Shown here: positions 1 to 15,000 of the stretch, in pieces | Layout: each line of letters begins with the position of its first letter | Numbering within the stretch: position 1 is the first letter of the stretch | Source: an uncultured Planctomycetales bacterium | Lineage (GTDB): Bacteria; Omnitrophota; Gorgyraeia; Zapsychrales; Fredricksoniimonadaceae | NCBI GenBank assembly: GCA_964583975.1 | Contig: CAZOXU010000003.1 | Location: forward strand, 92,153-156,152 | Direction: 5' to 3' | DNA length: 64,000 bases | Notes under the pieces: generated by a model | What the model saw: the letters and a program-made list of their open reading frames with translations, nothing else | Databases searched by the model: none | What the model was told of the DNA's origin: nothing | Translations under genes and position numbers: made by a program

Positions 1-3000
1 ATCTGATCTGTCAGGATCAGCAAGTAGGGCTGCTTCGTGGATCAAGGTAAGTAGTAATTCGACTTTATTGGCAGGTTCTAAGAGTGTTTCATCAATAAAA
101 AGAACATTGTTACGTACAACAGCCCAAAGGTCAGATAAAGGACCTGCGCGAATCTCCATATGGCTCATTTGCTCTAGGGCCTTTTTGAGAGATTCTTCAT
201 TCTTAAGGAAATCGTTCTGTGCTTCTTTAATGACCTTAATCACCCAGGCCTTGTATTCAGCTCGGTACTCTTTAGAAAGCTTTTTGACCTTTGGATCGTT
301 AATTTGTTTAGTAATCACTTCTTCCTTGGCTGTGGCGTCGGCAGGCAGCGCGTTGTTCTTCTTAGCACGATGCTGGTCAAGGGGTAAATTGATGCCTGGC
401 ACTAGTTTCCTTACTAATTTTGTGAATCCTAAGAAAAATACAAAATTTCTCCGATCAAACGAATACCATTTCTCTGAAAAATGAACAGCTCTCGCATGGA
501 TCGCGATAAATGGCCAAATAGCATACGTCAATCTATGCCTTAACGGAGCCATATAGTTCCCATTTAAAAGATCTATAACAAAATCAGAGGTTTTTTCTTT
601 TAATAATTCTTGAACATTTAGACGAATGCGGCTTTGAATATCTTTGTACAAAGAATCTTCTAATGGAATATAGATTTGGATAAATCTATTAAGGCCACCA
701 TCATCTTCTTCAATGTTTATCGTTTCAAACATCAGGTGGTCAACAATAAACCCTTCTGTAGGATGTGCCGAAATTCGAGCGATAATTGACATCTGGTATC
801 CTTTAACATGCATATGCACCCATAATTTACCATTTACGCCAAACGCAAAATGATCTTGAATTTTCTCATTAACTTCCATAAAAACTTCGCCGCCAAATCC
901 ATAGACACTATGACTATTCTGCTTAAGCATTTTTGCAATATAATCCCGGGTCCCTTTAATCCTTGGTTTTAAAACAAAATACTGAATAATATTTAGCGCC
1001 ACAAACACTACTGCAGTCGTCCATACGATCCACAATGGCAATAAACAGTCAGGATTGTTGGTATTAGCTGATGGCATTGTTGTAGTAGCTTCCTGTCCAT
1101 TAACCATCCCTGTCAAGACGCCCATAGCAACCGCACCAACAATTCCTTGACGAATCAGAGGACTTATTTTATGATCAGCCTGTTTCAATAAGCTTCTTAC
1201 CCCCGAAGAATTCACTATAGATTCCCTAATATATTCCCCAACGACTCGCAAACCATTTTTGACTTTAGTAAAGGAGTGTGTTATGTTGAACACGAGTTCA
1301 GTAAGTTTTTGGAATGATGGACGACGTAAATATGTAGCATCAATGTTCGCCAACTTTTCACTAGCTTTTATAGGGGCAACATTAACAACTGAAGTATTCA
1401 AATTGGGACTGTTAACCCAAATAACATTGTTGACCTGTTCGTTTTGGTTTTTCGTTTTAGGAATTTTTGTCCATCCGAAGAAAGGAGCATAGCATGACTT
1501 TATTTCTTTTAACTGGCTTAACAATTCTGTTAACGGTGAGCCTGTGGTTTGGGATTGATCAATACCTTCATCGTAACGACCGTAAACAATCCTAGAAATT
1601 AGGGACAGGGTACTATTTAGGGAGTTGTCCCTAATTTTCACCAACCAAACCATAATTCCACTGGCAACCAAAATTGCAGCCCACACAGGCTGCGCCAATC
1701 CCATCAACCCAACTATTGCAACCGATGCAGTTGTCAGCACCATGGCACTGCCTTGCTCTGCCCCACTCGAACTTTGGGCCCTAGGCATATTAACATTTAA
1801 TTCTTGCTTATTTAATACCGCATACCAACGGATCACTACAGACGGCTCTGAGGAAATATTTCTTAAAACATATCGACCCAGAGTGATTGGAAGGATTCTT
1901 ACTTCACCTGCTTTAACAATATCCAATAGCTCACCATTAGGAGAACGAATTTCAACGGAACCTTTTAACACATAGATGGGATACCCTCGTTCAAACAAAC
2001 GTTGTTCGATGCTCGTTGCCACAGTGAGCTTTTCAACAATGGTTGGTTCAACTCTAAATAAACTTTCAACTCGATTTCCATCCTTGTCTGATGGCGATAT
2101 TGTCTGCGCTTGCACCACAAATGAAGCTGGATCAATTTTCCCATAGGCGTGTTGATATCCTGCTTTATGCGCATGACGTAAGATTAATAAGCTAGCTAAA
2201 AAGTCTTCTTTTCCTCGTCGTGGAGCATTACCATCCATCGAATCATCAATGCTCACACTGGCACGCTTAAGATCACCTTTTTGAGAATCTAATAGTGAAG
2301 GGGCTTGAGACCATTCCCAAATGGTTGATCCACCTCGAATGGCATGAACCAGACCGCCACGAACCACCACCAATTGGCCCTGATGCAATTTGATTGGATT
2401 AACCATTCTTTGCATGGATCTTCGCATTCGAGCCACCAGTAACATTAACCAATTAACGTTTCTATTCCATCCGATATACATCGGGGCTTCTTCTCCAGCA
2501 ACAAGCCACAACTCTGGCTTAGCTGGCCGAGTTGGATGATTTCCTTTAGGATGCAATTGTAACGATAAAGACCTTCTAGCATCAATTAACTTCATGACAA
2601 CACCCATATAATTTCCATATCGTCTTACATGGGCAGCACCTAAAATAGAATACGCCTGCTCCTTTAAAAGCTCGGATAGGGGCATTTCCTGACCATCTGG
2701 CAAAACGACCTTAGATGGATATTTTTGATCGTCAGAAGCAATCCATAACTCCGCAATTTGCTCACCCAAACGAAACCCTAACTCGGCTGAACTTACATTG
2801 AGCGTTCTTAAAATCTCAGAATTCGCAACTGATTTCCCCCACGGGTAACCATCTGAACCTGTTCGAATATTTCGGTTCAAAACCTTAATCGGCCTCTGTG
2901 TGACATCCAAAATATCGACCCGAGTAGAAATCTTGTCAAACCAGTTGAGCCTGCTACCCCTTTGATCATTAACGGTTTTACTCCAAACCTTATTTTCCGT

Positions 3001-6000
3001 TATTGCTACGTATAAACCATTGCTAACATAATCTTTAAACGTAATTTGTTCAAATTTTCTCGATATCTGCTCGCCATAGACATCCCGGGCCGCATACAAT
3101 TTTTGCCATTTTTCTTTGTGTTCATTGGAATTTAAATTATGTTCACCTTGGTTATAGCCAAACTTTGCAGGAACTGAATCGTATACATGATCTATGATAC
3201 TTAACTGCATTCTCCCAGCATCAATGCGTCCTTTAACAGTTACGTATTTCTTAACCACATCGGCACTCACGATTGCAATTTTGGTAATTTGATTTCTATG
3301 CGCATAGTCTTCTATGGCGAGCATTAACATTTCTTGCCAAGCTGCAAACTTATTCCTTAGGTGTGTAGGTAATAATCCATACACATTAGATTGAATATTG
3401 GTCACCAAAATCATTTCTTCAAAACGGTAGAACCGAACAAAAGCAAACTCAGTGTCCTCGTTAATATGCCCAAATACTTCATAATTAACAGCCCATAATT
3501 TATCTAGTGCTTCCTTTTGAATATCGAATTTATTAACTTCCGCCACGTCTTGGGGAGTTAAATGTAGGGTCATATAATAAGGCGTGTCGTATCCTCTTTG
3601 AGGTATAAACCCATCATTTTCAATCACCGCATCTAACAGAGTGTCTCGAAACACTCTTATTTTTGAAGAAAATGGTTTTAGATGAGCGCTGTTACCATTG
3701 ACCTTAAATTCCCGACGTAATTGCTCAAGAGCTTCCGCTCGCCTTAAAGAACGAACTAATTCTTGAATTTCATAATGGGTAATTACTAAATTATTATTGG
3801 TACCAAAAATTTGTCTTAACGCTTTCTTAACTTCGCCATTGAACCCTAAACGAACTGTCTCATCTATTAATTCTTCTAATTTAACGCTTTGCCCTTGGGC
3901 TTTAGAAGACAAAACCTGAGTTAATACAGTGGCTACCTGGGTCGCATTTGCTCTTTCTTCCACCAAAATATTGTTTTCATATCTCAATGCTTTGCCGCCT
4001 AAACGTTGCTTTAATAGGTCATAAAATTCTTTATCAATCTCAATACCTGATTTTTCAATGCCTTGGGATTTTATGGCAAAATTAACCACAGCTTCAATGG
4101 GTAAGTAGGATTCACGAGTCGTATCAACAAGAGCTCCAAAACGATTAATCATTTGAAGATGGATATACTGCTCATCAATATTTGCATTCATGCGAGCCAC
4201 TAAATATTCTTCAAAAATAACTCTCATCAAGGCCATTAATGGCGCGTTACTTAAAGAGAAAATATCCACTTCTTTTAACAATTTCAAAATATGCGAATGG
4301 ATCAAAATCGTTTTATTATTGATATCTACCGCTAAGATGGCCTTGTTAAGTCTTGTATCATTGGCTGTAATTAATATGATCCAATCACTATCGAAAGGTT
4401 TGTTTAAACGCGGAGTTAATAGCGATAACAATCTGTTTAAAACTTGTTGTGAAATGCTTTGCCCCTCTTGATCCACAAGGTTTGCTGATTTAAAAAGCTC
4501 CCCTAAGGTCATTTGGATTGCAATCTGATCAAATGAATTATTTGCACGGGCAGATTCAGAAACGTTAAATGGTGCCTGATAAACTCGAGCAGCACTATCG
4601 TCGGATTCTACTTTTAACATTTTGTTTACTCTAAACGTATGTTTGCCTAAATGAATGGCCATAAAAAATTTACGGATGCCTCTCGATAACCAATTTGGAT
4701 TATTTTCATGGCTCCTAGCATATTTTCGCATCCACACTAAAACCCCTGCTACTAGTCCTACGGTTACAATTACGATTATTAATGCAACGAACAACGCAGA
4801 AACATTAGGTGTATAATTTCTTTGTCTGCTGGCTAATTCCTGCCCGTTAGCCCCACGAGTTAAAACGCCCATCGCAAGCACGGTAAGAACAATTCGATAG
4901 AAAATAGTGACAGGCACTAATTTCATTGTGGATAAACTGTGGGTAAATAAATGGTGCGTGTCAGCATTTTCTTTATTCACGACAATCTTGCCCCAACGAT
5001 TGATTCCCCAATTAAATGCATAATCAACATCCAAATAATTTGCGGTCACAACCCCTTCATACTCTGGTCTATTAGGAACAATATTTAAAAACTGTGTTGA
5101 TGGAGCGATTGAAACGACTAATCGATAATCTGCTTGTTGAGACTTTCTTTTGTAAACATCAGCGATAATTTGCTCTATATCTTGGCGGGTATTAAGCAGT
5201 TCTTCAGCATTGTGGATAATTCTTAAACGATTTCTGGCAGGAATCAGTCCTTGGATGGGGAAGAATCCCTTTTCTTTATTGTTTCTCGTATTATGTTCTG
5301 CCCAAACAGCTATGACTTTAAATCTAGAGTTTTTCAATTTGATCCAGAATAAAAGCCCATTATTGTCAATAGGATCTTCCCCACTATATTGCATACGACC
5401 TAAATGTAAATGCACCCATAAAGAACCATCGGGGGCCCAGAAGAAATGCTTAAGGATCTTTTGATTTTCCCACTCTTCAGTGATCACCGAGGTTCCTGCC
5501 TCTTTTAATTCTTTAGCTAGAGAATATGCTGGGGATTGCTCTTTGGAGATTTCTGATCTTCGACGATTACTGACCATTTGTGGCATCGATACATATAAGA
5601 ACATAATACCAAAAACAAATAACACCATCTTCTTAAGAAACTCATCTGCTTTGACTTTAGATTCTTGTGTTTGGGGAACTTGCGCCTTTAAATCTTCTTG
5701 GGCCTTTTGAATCTGCTTTTGTAGCTCATCTTGACGATCTTTCAATGTTTGAATGATCTGATTAATCTCTTCTTTGGTTCGTTTGATCTTTTCATCAATG
5801 GCTTTAAGTGCTTCTTGTGAAAGTTTAGCCTGAATCGCAAGTTCCTTATCCTTGGTTAATTTCTCTATTATTAAATGTAACTCATCTAATTTCTTCTTAG
5901 CTTGCTTGATTGCATCCGATTGAATCTCAATAGGATCTTGTTGAACTGGTTGTTCAGTCTTTACAGGTTCAACTGGTGCCACGACTGTTGGTGCTTCTTG

Positions 6001-9000
6001 TTTTGTCTCTACTGGCTTAGGTGCTTCAACCTTATCAGCCGAAGGCTGACCAGCCTCTGGCTGGGGTTCTGGCACGCTCACAACAGGTCTTGGTCTTGGA
6101 GATGGTCGATAGCTAAAGAACTCTGGTAACGGGTTTTGGACCTGGGTTGCTGTACTAAAGGTAATTAACGCGCCCCAATCGCTTCGATCTCTTAGATCAA
6201 AGCTATTAGGCATTTCTATATAAGGCTCGAATGTCAGATTCTTTATTACTGGCACATCACTTAAAAATGGCACTGCTCCTAATCGCATAGCCACTCCATA
6301 TCTGGAGCCCGTGTAATACTGATAAATCTTATCGCTGAATGTTTGTGGCTCTAATGGATTGCGTTCCAAATAAGGATCCATAAATCCAAGTACATTCTTA
6401 AAGGTCAGCTTGCCATACCAATCCTCTGCTCCTGTATCATTGACAAAGTAATGATAGTTGGCCGTTAAGTTAGTTGAAATTGGTGTGACATTAAACCAAA
6501 TCTCTGGAATATAAGCATTTCGATTCTCATCAAAATTACGGATAGCTGTTAAAGCTGCCCCATAATTGTCTTCATTGTGTTCCAATCTTAAATATCCAAC
6601 ATTGTTGTAATCTAATGAATATCGTCCACCCAGGCTAAAGTCTATGCTTGGCAGTCCCCATATATTCAATCGATCACCAAAAGATAAATATGTTCCATTA
6701 ACTCCTTGATTAAAACGTCCTGTCGAATAATCCAATACGGCATCTGTTTCCCATGCAGCGCTATACCAGCGTGTACCCTCATGCTCTTGCAGACGTAATG
6801 TCTGTAACCCGTAATGAATGCCTGCTCGTGATTCTTGGTTGATCAATGTCAACGTAACGTCCCATGGTTTAGTTTCTTCTAGGGGTGTTTCAGTTGTTAC
6901 AACTGGATTATCTGATTGTTGTTCTTGGGGTTTTTCTGAAATACTGTCTGATCTTCGACTTTCTGACTCAAGCACTTTTCTAATGTCATCCATTTCTTTT
7001 TGAGCCTCTTCAATCTGAAGATTTAATTGCAGAATCTTTAAATTGGCTTTTAGTCTTAATGCGGCCTCTTCTATCAACCCGCGAGCCTTGGCGACACCTA
7101 GCTTAATTTCTTGAGCTTGTAACAGGACGAAAGCTCTAAATTGTTCTTGTCGCTTTTTATTTTCTTGTTCTTCGGCAATTCGCTGGACCTCTTGCATGTA
7201 TTGCTCGTAATCAAAGAGGTGTTGGAGAAACCTGTCTCGATCTTGATTATAAATCATTATTTCAATCTCCCGAGCCAGACGCGCATATTGCGCTTCCTGA
7301 GCTAGACGTGCTGCCTCGGCTGCTTCTTTGGCAGCTTTTGCAGCTTGACGTTGTAGTTCTTCTTGAGCTTTTTGCTCAGCTGTTGGTTGAGGCTGTGGCG
7401 CTTTAGTATTACCTCCATTATTTAACACATAGATCAGTGTCATCAAAATGGTGATTGGTAAGAGGGCAAAAGCAATTTTCCTCCAAAGCGAAGAAATTGG
7501 GGACAGCGCCCTATTTTTCTCACTTGTCGTTCCCGAATGTTTCTGTCGGGAACCTAGAACCTGAGTGCCTGGATCTCCGATAACAACATTCGGAGATGAC
7601 ATTGTTACAAAAGCCTGCTGTATTTCTGCAAGGTACTCCGGCAAAGCTACAATTTGATGATCTTTCGCAAATCGACCTGAGAAAAAGCTTAAATGATCCT
7701 CGAGTGTGCCTCGCTTCTTCAGAGCGGCAATATGCTTTTGGCGGATGCGCGCTTCATAAACATCTTCTTTTTCCTTAGATTCCTGAGGATTTAAAATGTG
7801 TAAGATTTCATGCTCTAAAATTTCAGCAAATACCAGATCATCTAAGCTAAACATCAATGGGGATAAGAAAATATAATGCTTGGATATATAAGTTTGTTGA
7901 GCTGCCAATACTTTCATTTGGGGTCTTAAAATAAAGAAAATCTCTAAATCTTTCATTGATGAGTGCTCAGCCATTAAATATTTCAGTGCTTTGAGAATTT
8001 TCTTTTCTTCAACCTGAGTCAAAGCTCGTTGAGGATCATTGGATCCAGAAACGCTTGCTGGAAATTCATGAATAGTTGACACTCCGCGTCGTAAGCTTCG
8101 CATATTCTTACGTAGGTAATTAAAACCAACGATGAGCAAAGCTCCCAAAATAATCCAATTAGGCTCAATAAGACGAAGTGCGTTTGATATGCTTGCTGCT
8201 GGCTCTTGCGCGACATCAGGGGTGGATAAATATAACCTGCCTTTATTTTCAGGAAGTTTAAAGAATTCCTGTAATAAATCTAAGCTTAAGCTTATGCCTT
8301 GAGGTTGAGCTGCGTTCGGATAACCTTGCTTGGCTAACCCAACAGTCATAGCTAAGGTCAAAACAATGGTCACAAATACTTTTAAGCGTAAATCTTTTCT
8401 TACAGGCTCAGAAGCTGTGTACCTTTTGACTAATCCAGCAACCATCTCATTGATAAATAACAACGCTCCCGTGATTGTAAACAACAAGCCCCAAGCCACA
8501 TATTGACCTTTTTCATACGAATAGGCATAGTCAGCGGCAAAATATAAAAAGGCATAGGCCAAGATAAAACTCAAGGAACCTACAGCAATTATAAATTCAA
8601 GGACAGGTTTAATACGATCGGTAAGATCTGGCGATGGTGACTCTTGAATACGAGCCCTATCTTTCTGTCCGAAGGCAACTAAGGACAAGATTGTTCGTGT
8701 TACGTCAGCAGATGTTGATGTTTCAGAGGTTGTATGTTCTTTCTTGTCATCGCCTTTAAGAAGAACAGGAATCATAATCACATGAAAAAGTATGACCCCC
8801 CATATCAAAAGCATCATTTGCCACATTCTGTCCTTTTCTCTAATAAAGGACAATCGATCTGGATCGGCATTTAAAGCAATATCTTTAAGGACAATTCTTC
8901 CATTCTCATTAACAGGACCTTGTGGCATTGGAGCTAAAGCTTTAATTAAACCTGCTCCGCGAGCCAAGGTTTTTAATTGACCGTCATGGACATCGCTAGC

Positions 9001-12000
9001 TGTTGGGAAGACCTTGGCAAAACCGCCAATTTTACCAAAGTAGTTTCGAACCTCTTGATCGTTAAGCACCTTGGTTAAAGAAACTTTATTCTTAGCATTT
9101 AAATGACGATCCGCTGCTTCGATATGGGCCTTAGCTAAAATAAAGCGTGCTAATTCATCTTCGAGCGTGGCAGGGCCATAGGGGAAATTTAATGAAGCTG
9201 CAATGAGAGCCACCTGCTCAGCGCTCAAATAGCCCATGTGATAGTAAGCTGCTTTAAATTTATGTTGCACATTATCTAAAGCATCTTGGATAAACCGTCC
9301 TACAATTATTTTAGATGTGTGATTGCCTTCAAGTAAATCTACAATGTCGCCATGCAGATGTGCCTGCTCAATTGCTTCCTTAACATTAACCTTTCGCATT
9401 TGGTAAGGACCCAGAGACTCCGTGAGACCAAATGTATCAGCTACTAATTTCTTATTGGCGCGCCAGCCTTGCGGACGACCCGTTTCCATATAGGCCGTGT
9501 TGTAGATGATGGCATCTCGTAAATTGGTAGCTGTTGGCGCCAAATTCTGTGCGCTATGCCCCAATTGAGTTAAGGCTACAGTGAACGTCACCGACATCGT
9601 GCCTATCAATAAAGTTCTTAAGATCCAGCCCTTTTTAAAGTAGGCCGGCAATGATCGAGTCGTAATTAAAGAACTGATTGTTTGAAAGACTAAAATCAAT
9701 CCTGCCATTGAAATTAAGATCAAGGTGCCAAAAAATCCAAAGGCTACGATTTTGGCAACAACAGGAGAATAAACAAATCCCCCGGCTTTATAGAGGAAGG
9801 TATAGGCAATCAAAAAGCCAAGCGCTGCAGCTGCGTAAATAGGCATTACGGGAATTTGGGAGGAAATTGGGGACAGCGCCCTATTTCCCTTGTCAGATTC
9901 TTCGCTTCGCTCAGAATGACTACTTAATAATAGGGCGCTGTCCCTAATTTCCAATTTTACAGCGAATTCGGGTAAAGGCAGGATGCCACGAGATTGATTT
10001 TGAAGCAACCAGGCTTTAAATTCTTGAAGGGTATTATTTTGTTCTAAACGGTGAATATCACGGGTTTGTATAGTTTCTTCATCCAGTCCTACAATATGAC
10101 CAATTTCATGCGACATTACTGCGCGACGTATAACAGGTGGCGCACGCAGGGTTTCTGGATGTAAATAAACAACCCAAACGGTTGCTTGCCCCTTACCTGC
10201 AAATTGATGCACCGCCGCTAAACGCGACAATCGAGGTTCAACTACAAAACGAATCTGATACTGACCTAATTGATCATATCGACTATATTGTTTTAACTCT
10301 GTCAAAATATTGGTAAGTTCATCACCTTCTAACAATCGCTGTGGACCTTCTTGGGCCAGAACTTGGACTGGGAAAAATTCAAAATCAGCCTCAGGGGACA
10401 TCTCCCGTCTTTTCTTCTCATACGCCTCGAGCCTTCCTAGACGGAAATTGTTGGCACTCAAGGTTTCGCCTTCTACTTTTACGTTCTTATGATGTTCATA
10501 TAAAGCATCTTGTAAGAGCCGCCAGAACAATGGTTCAGGTCTAGCCCCTTTTTCGTCCTTCATTCTACTTAACCATCCCGATAAATTATCCAGCTTACCC
10601 CATCGCTTTAATCTCTCAATATCGCGTGGCCAGATCGCTTCTTCGCTAAGTCCTAGAATATGATCGATCTCATGGTATAGAACAGCCTCCAAGATATACA
10701 AATAACCCTCAGGCGTGCGAGATTTCTCTAATGTTTCAAATATTATGGGATGTAAAAATATTTGCCAAGTCTCTTTCGCTTCGGATGTTCTACGTTCAAC
10801 AAATCCTAATGTGCCAAGTTTAGGCTGTATGGCTAGCAACATTTTTATACGTTGTAAATCTTCTTTGCGATGATGTTTTAAAAGAATAGCTATGACTCGT
10901 TCACGTTCTTGCTGTGTTGGAGCCCTTAAAGTCCCCTCCTGATGCGCAACATTTACAGGAAAAGCGTGTAATATTTGTCGTTTAATTCGCTTAAACTCTC
11001 CTTCGCCATAGTACCCTGTAGAGGCTCTAATAGGAATTCGAGGCATGGCCGTATAAATCTCAACAATATGTTCGTACATATAAGAGAAGAAATCACGGAC
11101 AGGATACGGAGCCGTATTATATCCTCGCGAACTAAGCAATGATTCAATGTCTTGGGTGGGAGATTCCAAGGCAAGATTAACCTGACGATGTCGTATCTTC
11201 AACATAGCAATCAACAAATCATTGACCACACGAATATTAATTCTCTTCTTTAAGATAGCTTTTTTATCTGAACCCGGTCTGAAAAACTCTCTAGTCAATT
11301 CAAGGTCTTTTAAGAAATCTCCTACCCGTTGCCGTTCTTCCAAGATTCTTTCGTAATCTCGTTTTTCAATAAACTCTTCAATGGTTTGATCAAACAGTAA
11401 ATAAAGGTTTTGAATATGGAAAAGCTCTTCTTGCAAACCATCTAGAAATTCTTGTTCAAGCAAAGGATCTTTAAAAGCAATGGCCATGGCCCCAGTATTA
11501 GCAAAAAATTGACGTCGTTCTTCACGGTCAAAGTCATAACGACCCAGACTTCCGCTTCTGCGGCTTTCATTAAAGATACGGTGCCTGTAATCTTCATTGG
11601 CAGATGGTTCAGTCATCGACAAAATCTCTCGATCTTCATTAAAATCAATGTGTACAATTCCTAAATTATCTTCAAGAACTTCTCTCAAAGATCTTTCTAA
11701 GAGTGAAATAGTAATACCATTGCGCAAGGATATATCTCCTAAACGAATGGCATCAGCATTAAGTACAATGCGACCACCTGTTTTTAAGGATTGTTCTAAG
11801 AGGCCAATGATCTTGTTGCTTTGAAGGGGGAATCGTTTAATAATATTTTGCATTAAACCATCATCGCTTAACAAGGCTTCCATGTGAACTATTTGATATT
11901 CATCTTCTTTCTCGTCGCCAGGGATGGCGCTCCAGTATGGGCCTAAATTTTCTACAAGAAAATCAAAAATAGCATCACCTGAATCTGCAAAATAGGCCTT

Positions 12001-15000
12001 CATTAGATTTCTCGTTACAACACCTCTGAGGCGTCCTAAATTCTCTAGTTGGCTATACATATAAGCCAGATTAACATCTAAAACAGTGGCCTCAGCCCTG
12101 GAAACCCTGCCATCATTAATGGTGTTTTCAATAATATCAGCAACAACTGTAGCCTTCAGTTCAAATAAACTTGGTCTTGCTGGTTGCAAAAGAACATCCG
12201 CATCTCCACCTGCTAAAAGAATCCCCGCACGAATTTTATGCACTGGTATGGCTTTATGATTTTGGTCCAAACGTTCAGGGAACATAACCTCGACAGTGAC
12301 GTTGGGTAACCCTTCACTTTGGGCTTTTAAAACATCCTCCCATACATCCGTCAGAGTGCGGACTGGCTCAGATTGTGCTGTGGCTTTTAATAAAGGTAAT
12401 AATCGTTTATAGGCTTCCGTGCCTCCTAATTTCTCGATGACTCTTTGTTGCATGGCATAGGTTTGACGGATATAGGCCAAGAATTCTTTAAAATCTTCAT
12501 TAGAAAGATACTCAAATGCCTGCTTAAACTCATTGGTATTGACAATTTCTAACGGATTACTCTTCCACACATAAACTTCCGGCTCAACAGCTAGTAAATG
12601 ATTTTGATCTAAGAAATATTCTTTTAAACTATTCCAAACACTTCTACTATTATTGGGAAACACCATTCTTAATTCTCGTTGAGATATCAAACCGCTGCTC
12701 AAATTATTAACCATATTAATTTGATCACCATCGTTCACCACGGCCTTTGCCCAACCATTGGATACCATCGCTTCTTTAAATGTTTCCCAATTTATTCCAA
12801 GAGCTGTAATCTGCGTCTTTGTGATTTGGCCGTATTTGAAAGGCTTAAACAATACCTGAGCCTGACTAAAACCAACCTTGCTCCCTGAAACGGCAACATT
12901 TAAAACAATAACTGGTGAAGCAAAAAGTTTCTCTCGTCGAGATACCCATTGTGTTATGCGTTCTTTGTTTTCAGGATTGGTAATCACAATCACCAAATGG
13001 CTACTACCTTTGCCAGCAGCTGTGGACAATCTTTGAATGGCCCCCACCATGCTTTCAGTTCTTTTCTGATGCAACTGATTTAAGGCATCTTCAAGACTGA
13101 TGGAATTAAATTGTAAAAGGTATTTCTTGGCTTTAGCTATAGCGCGAGCTAGGTCTGTTGGAGCAAAGGCAATAATTCTAACAATGGTGAATGTTATTAA
13201 AACGCCTGAAATCATCTTGAATATAGTTGAACCAAATAAAAATATACCAAAAACACCCGACCAGAACATAATGGCAGTAAAGGAACGATTGACAATTTCA
13301 TTGAAATTCCAACTTCTTTCCCAACCTGTTTTCACGTCTCGCTCTTCAATACCGGATAACAAAGGATAAGGATCTTCTTGGGCAGTTCCACGGCCGATGT
13401 CTTTAAATTCACTGCTAACTTTATTAATAATAAGCTGTGGATCAGGATAGCTTCCTACAGATATAGTTTGGGCAAAGGCCATCAATTGAGACAATTCTTG
13501 CATGAATGCCTGTTCTGCCTCACGCGTATTGCTATGAAGACCGTGCAGTGGATTTCGACGAGTAATAAATTCAATAAATGGGAAAAGAACAAACATAAGT
13601 CTTACCAAAACGCCTTCACTGATTTCATAATTTTGATTACCATCTCTTAAAAACATATACCCTTTGAAACGAATTCCTTTAGAAAGTTTATCCACGAAGC
13701 GGGTGTATGGCAGCACATAACCTAAGGTAAACTTGCCAATGATTTGACGCATTGTCTTTAATTGTTCCACTGTTGATCGTTGGTGGTTATGAGGGTTCTT
13801 CAGATCTTCTTCAATAGAAATCAGGATCCACTGGAAGACTTTAAGCATTCTGGCAAATAACCTTCCAATGATAACTCTTTGCTGGAATAATTTTTTGACG
13901 TTATGGACACGGACTTCGCTAAACTGAATGATTTTTCCGATTTCAGTTAAGATCAATCTCAAATCGTCTCTTTCCCATCTTTGATTGCCTTTTAATTTGG
14001 CAGGATCTTTGACATTAACCACTTTTCTGGCATAAATGCTATGTAATGTAGCGAAAATAGCATACAAATCTTGATGCGAAATCTCTACGCTATCTCGAGA
14101 GCCGTTTTTGCCATTAACATTAATTCTTTCTTTACGCTCTCTTTGTTGTCGTTTAAAAAGATACATTCTAATACCCTGCAAAACAGCTCCCACGACCAAC
14201 AATAATGCCCACCAGAACTTCCTGAACATATCGTAAAGATGCATCATGATTTCAGTTGTTATGGAAACTTCCTTAACTCTAGTTCTTAAATCGACCCCGC
14301 TTGTGGCCAATTGGCGGTCATAATCATTTAAAAATGGCTCGTAGCGTCTGACCCCTTCAACGGCGCCATCCCATACACCTTGCGTGCGGATTCTTATTAC
14401 GGCATGCTCTATAATGCGCTCACGCAAATCTTGGCGAATTTGAGAATTTTGACCTTTGACATATTCCATCAGGCCTTGCTCAACAGCTGCTATCAATAGG
14501 TTTTTCTCCTGGTAGTCCCACCAAGATAAATCTTGCGCATCATACAAATTCAAGATTTCATTTAACAAACCATTGGCATCAATTTTGATGGCATTTCGGA
14601 TGAGCAAATAGCCAATTCTCATATTCCCTGTTTGTTTCCATGAATTATCTTTCAATATGGTGCTCATCAAAGCACGAGCTCGATTATCTAGATTGCCCAT
14701 ACTTAAGGCCAAGGTGCTTATGACAATAGGGTCTTCTTTATTACGTTCATACAAGGTTTTGATGGCTAATAAATGCGCATCAATGGTGCCTGAATCATTG
14801 GCTGGTACAACCCCTAATAAGGCCATGGCTAAAGCCAAATCTGTCTGTGCATCGCTATGATTATTGAGGGCAATGTTTCTCGTTATAAAGGGTTCTACGT
14901 CACCGTATCCTAACCAAGATTGAATTAACCCTGCGGCTGTGATTCGTACATTATTAGTTGCTGTCAATGCTTCTTTAACAGCCTGGCGCAATTGCTTTAA

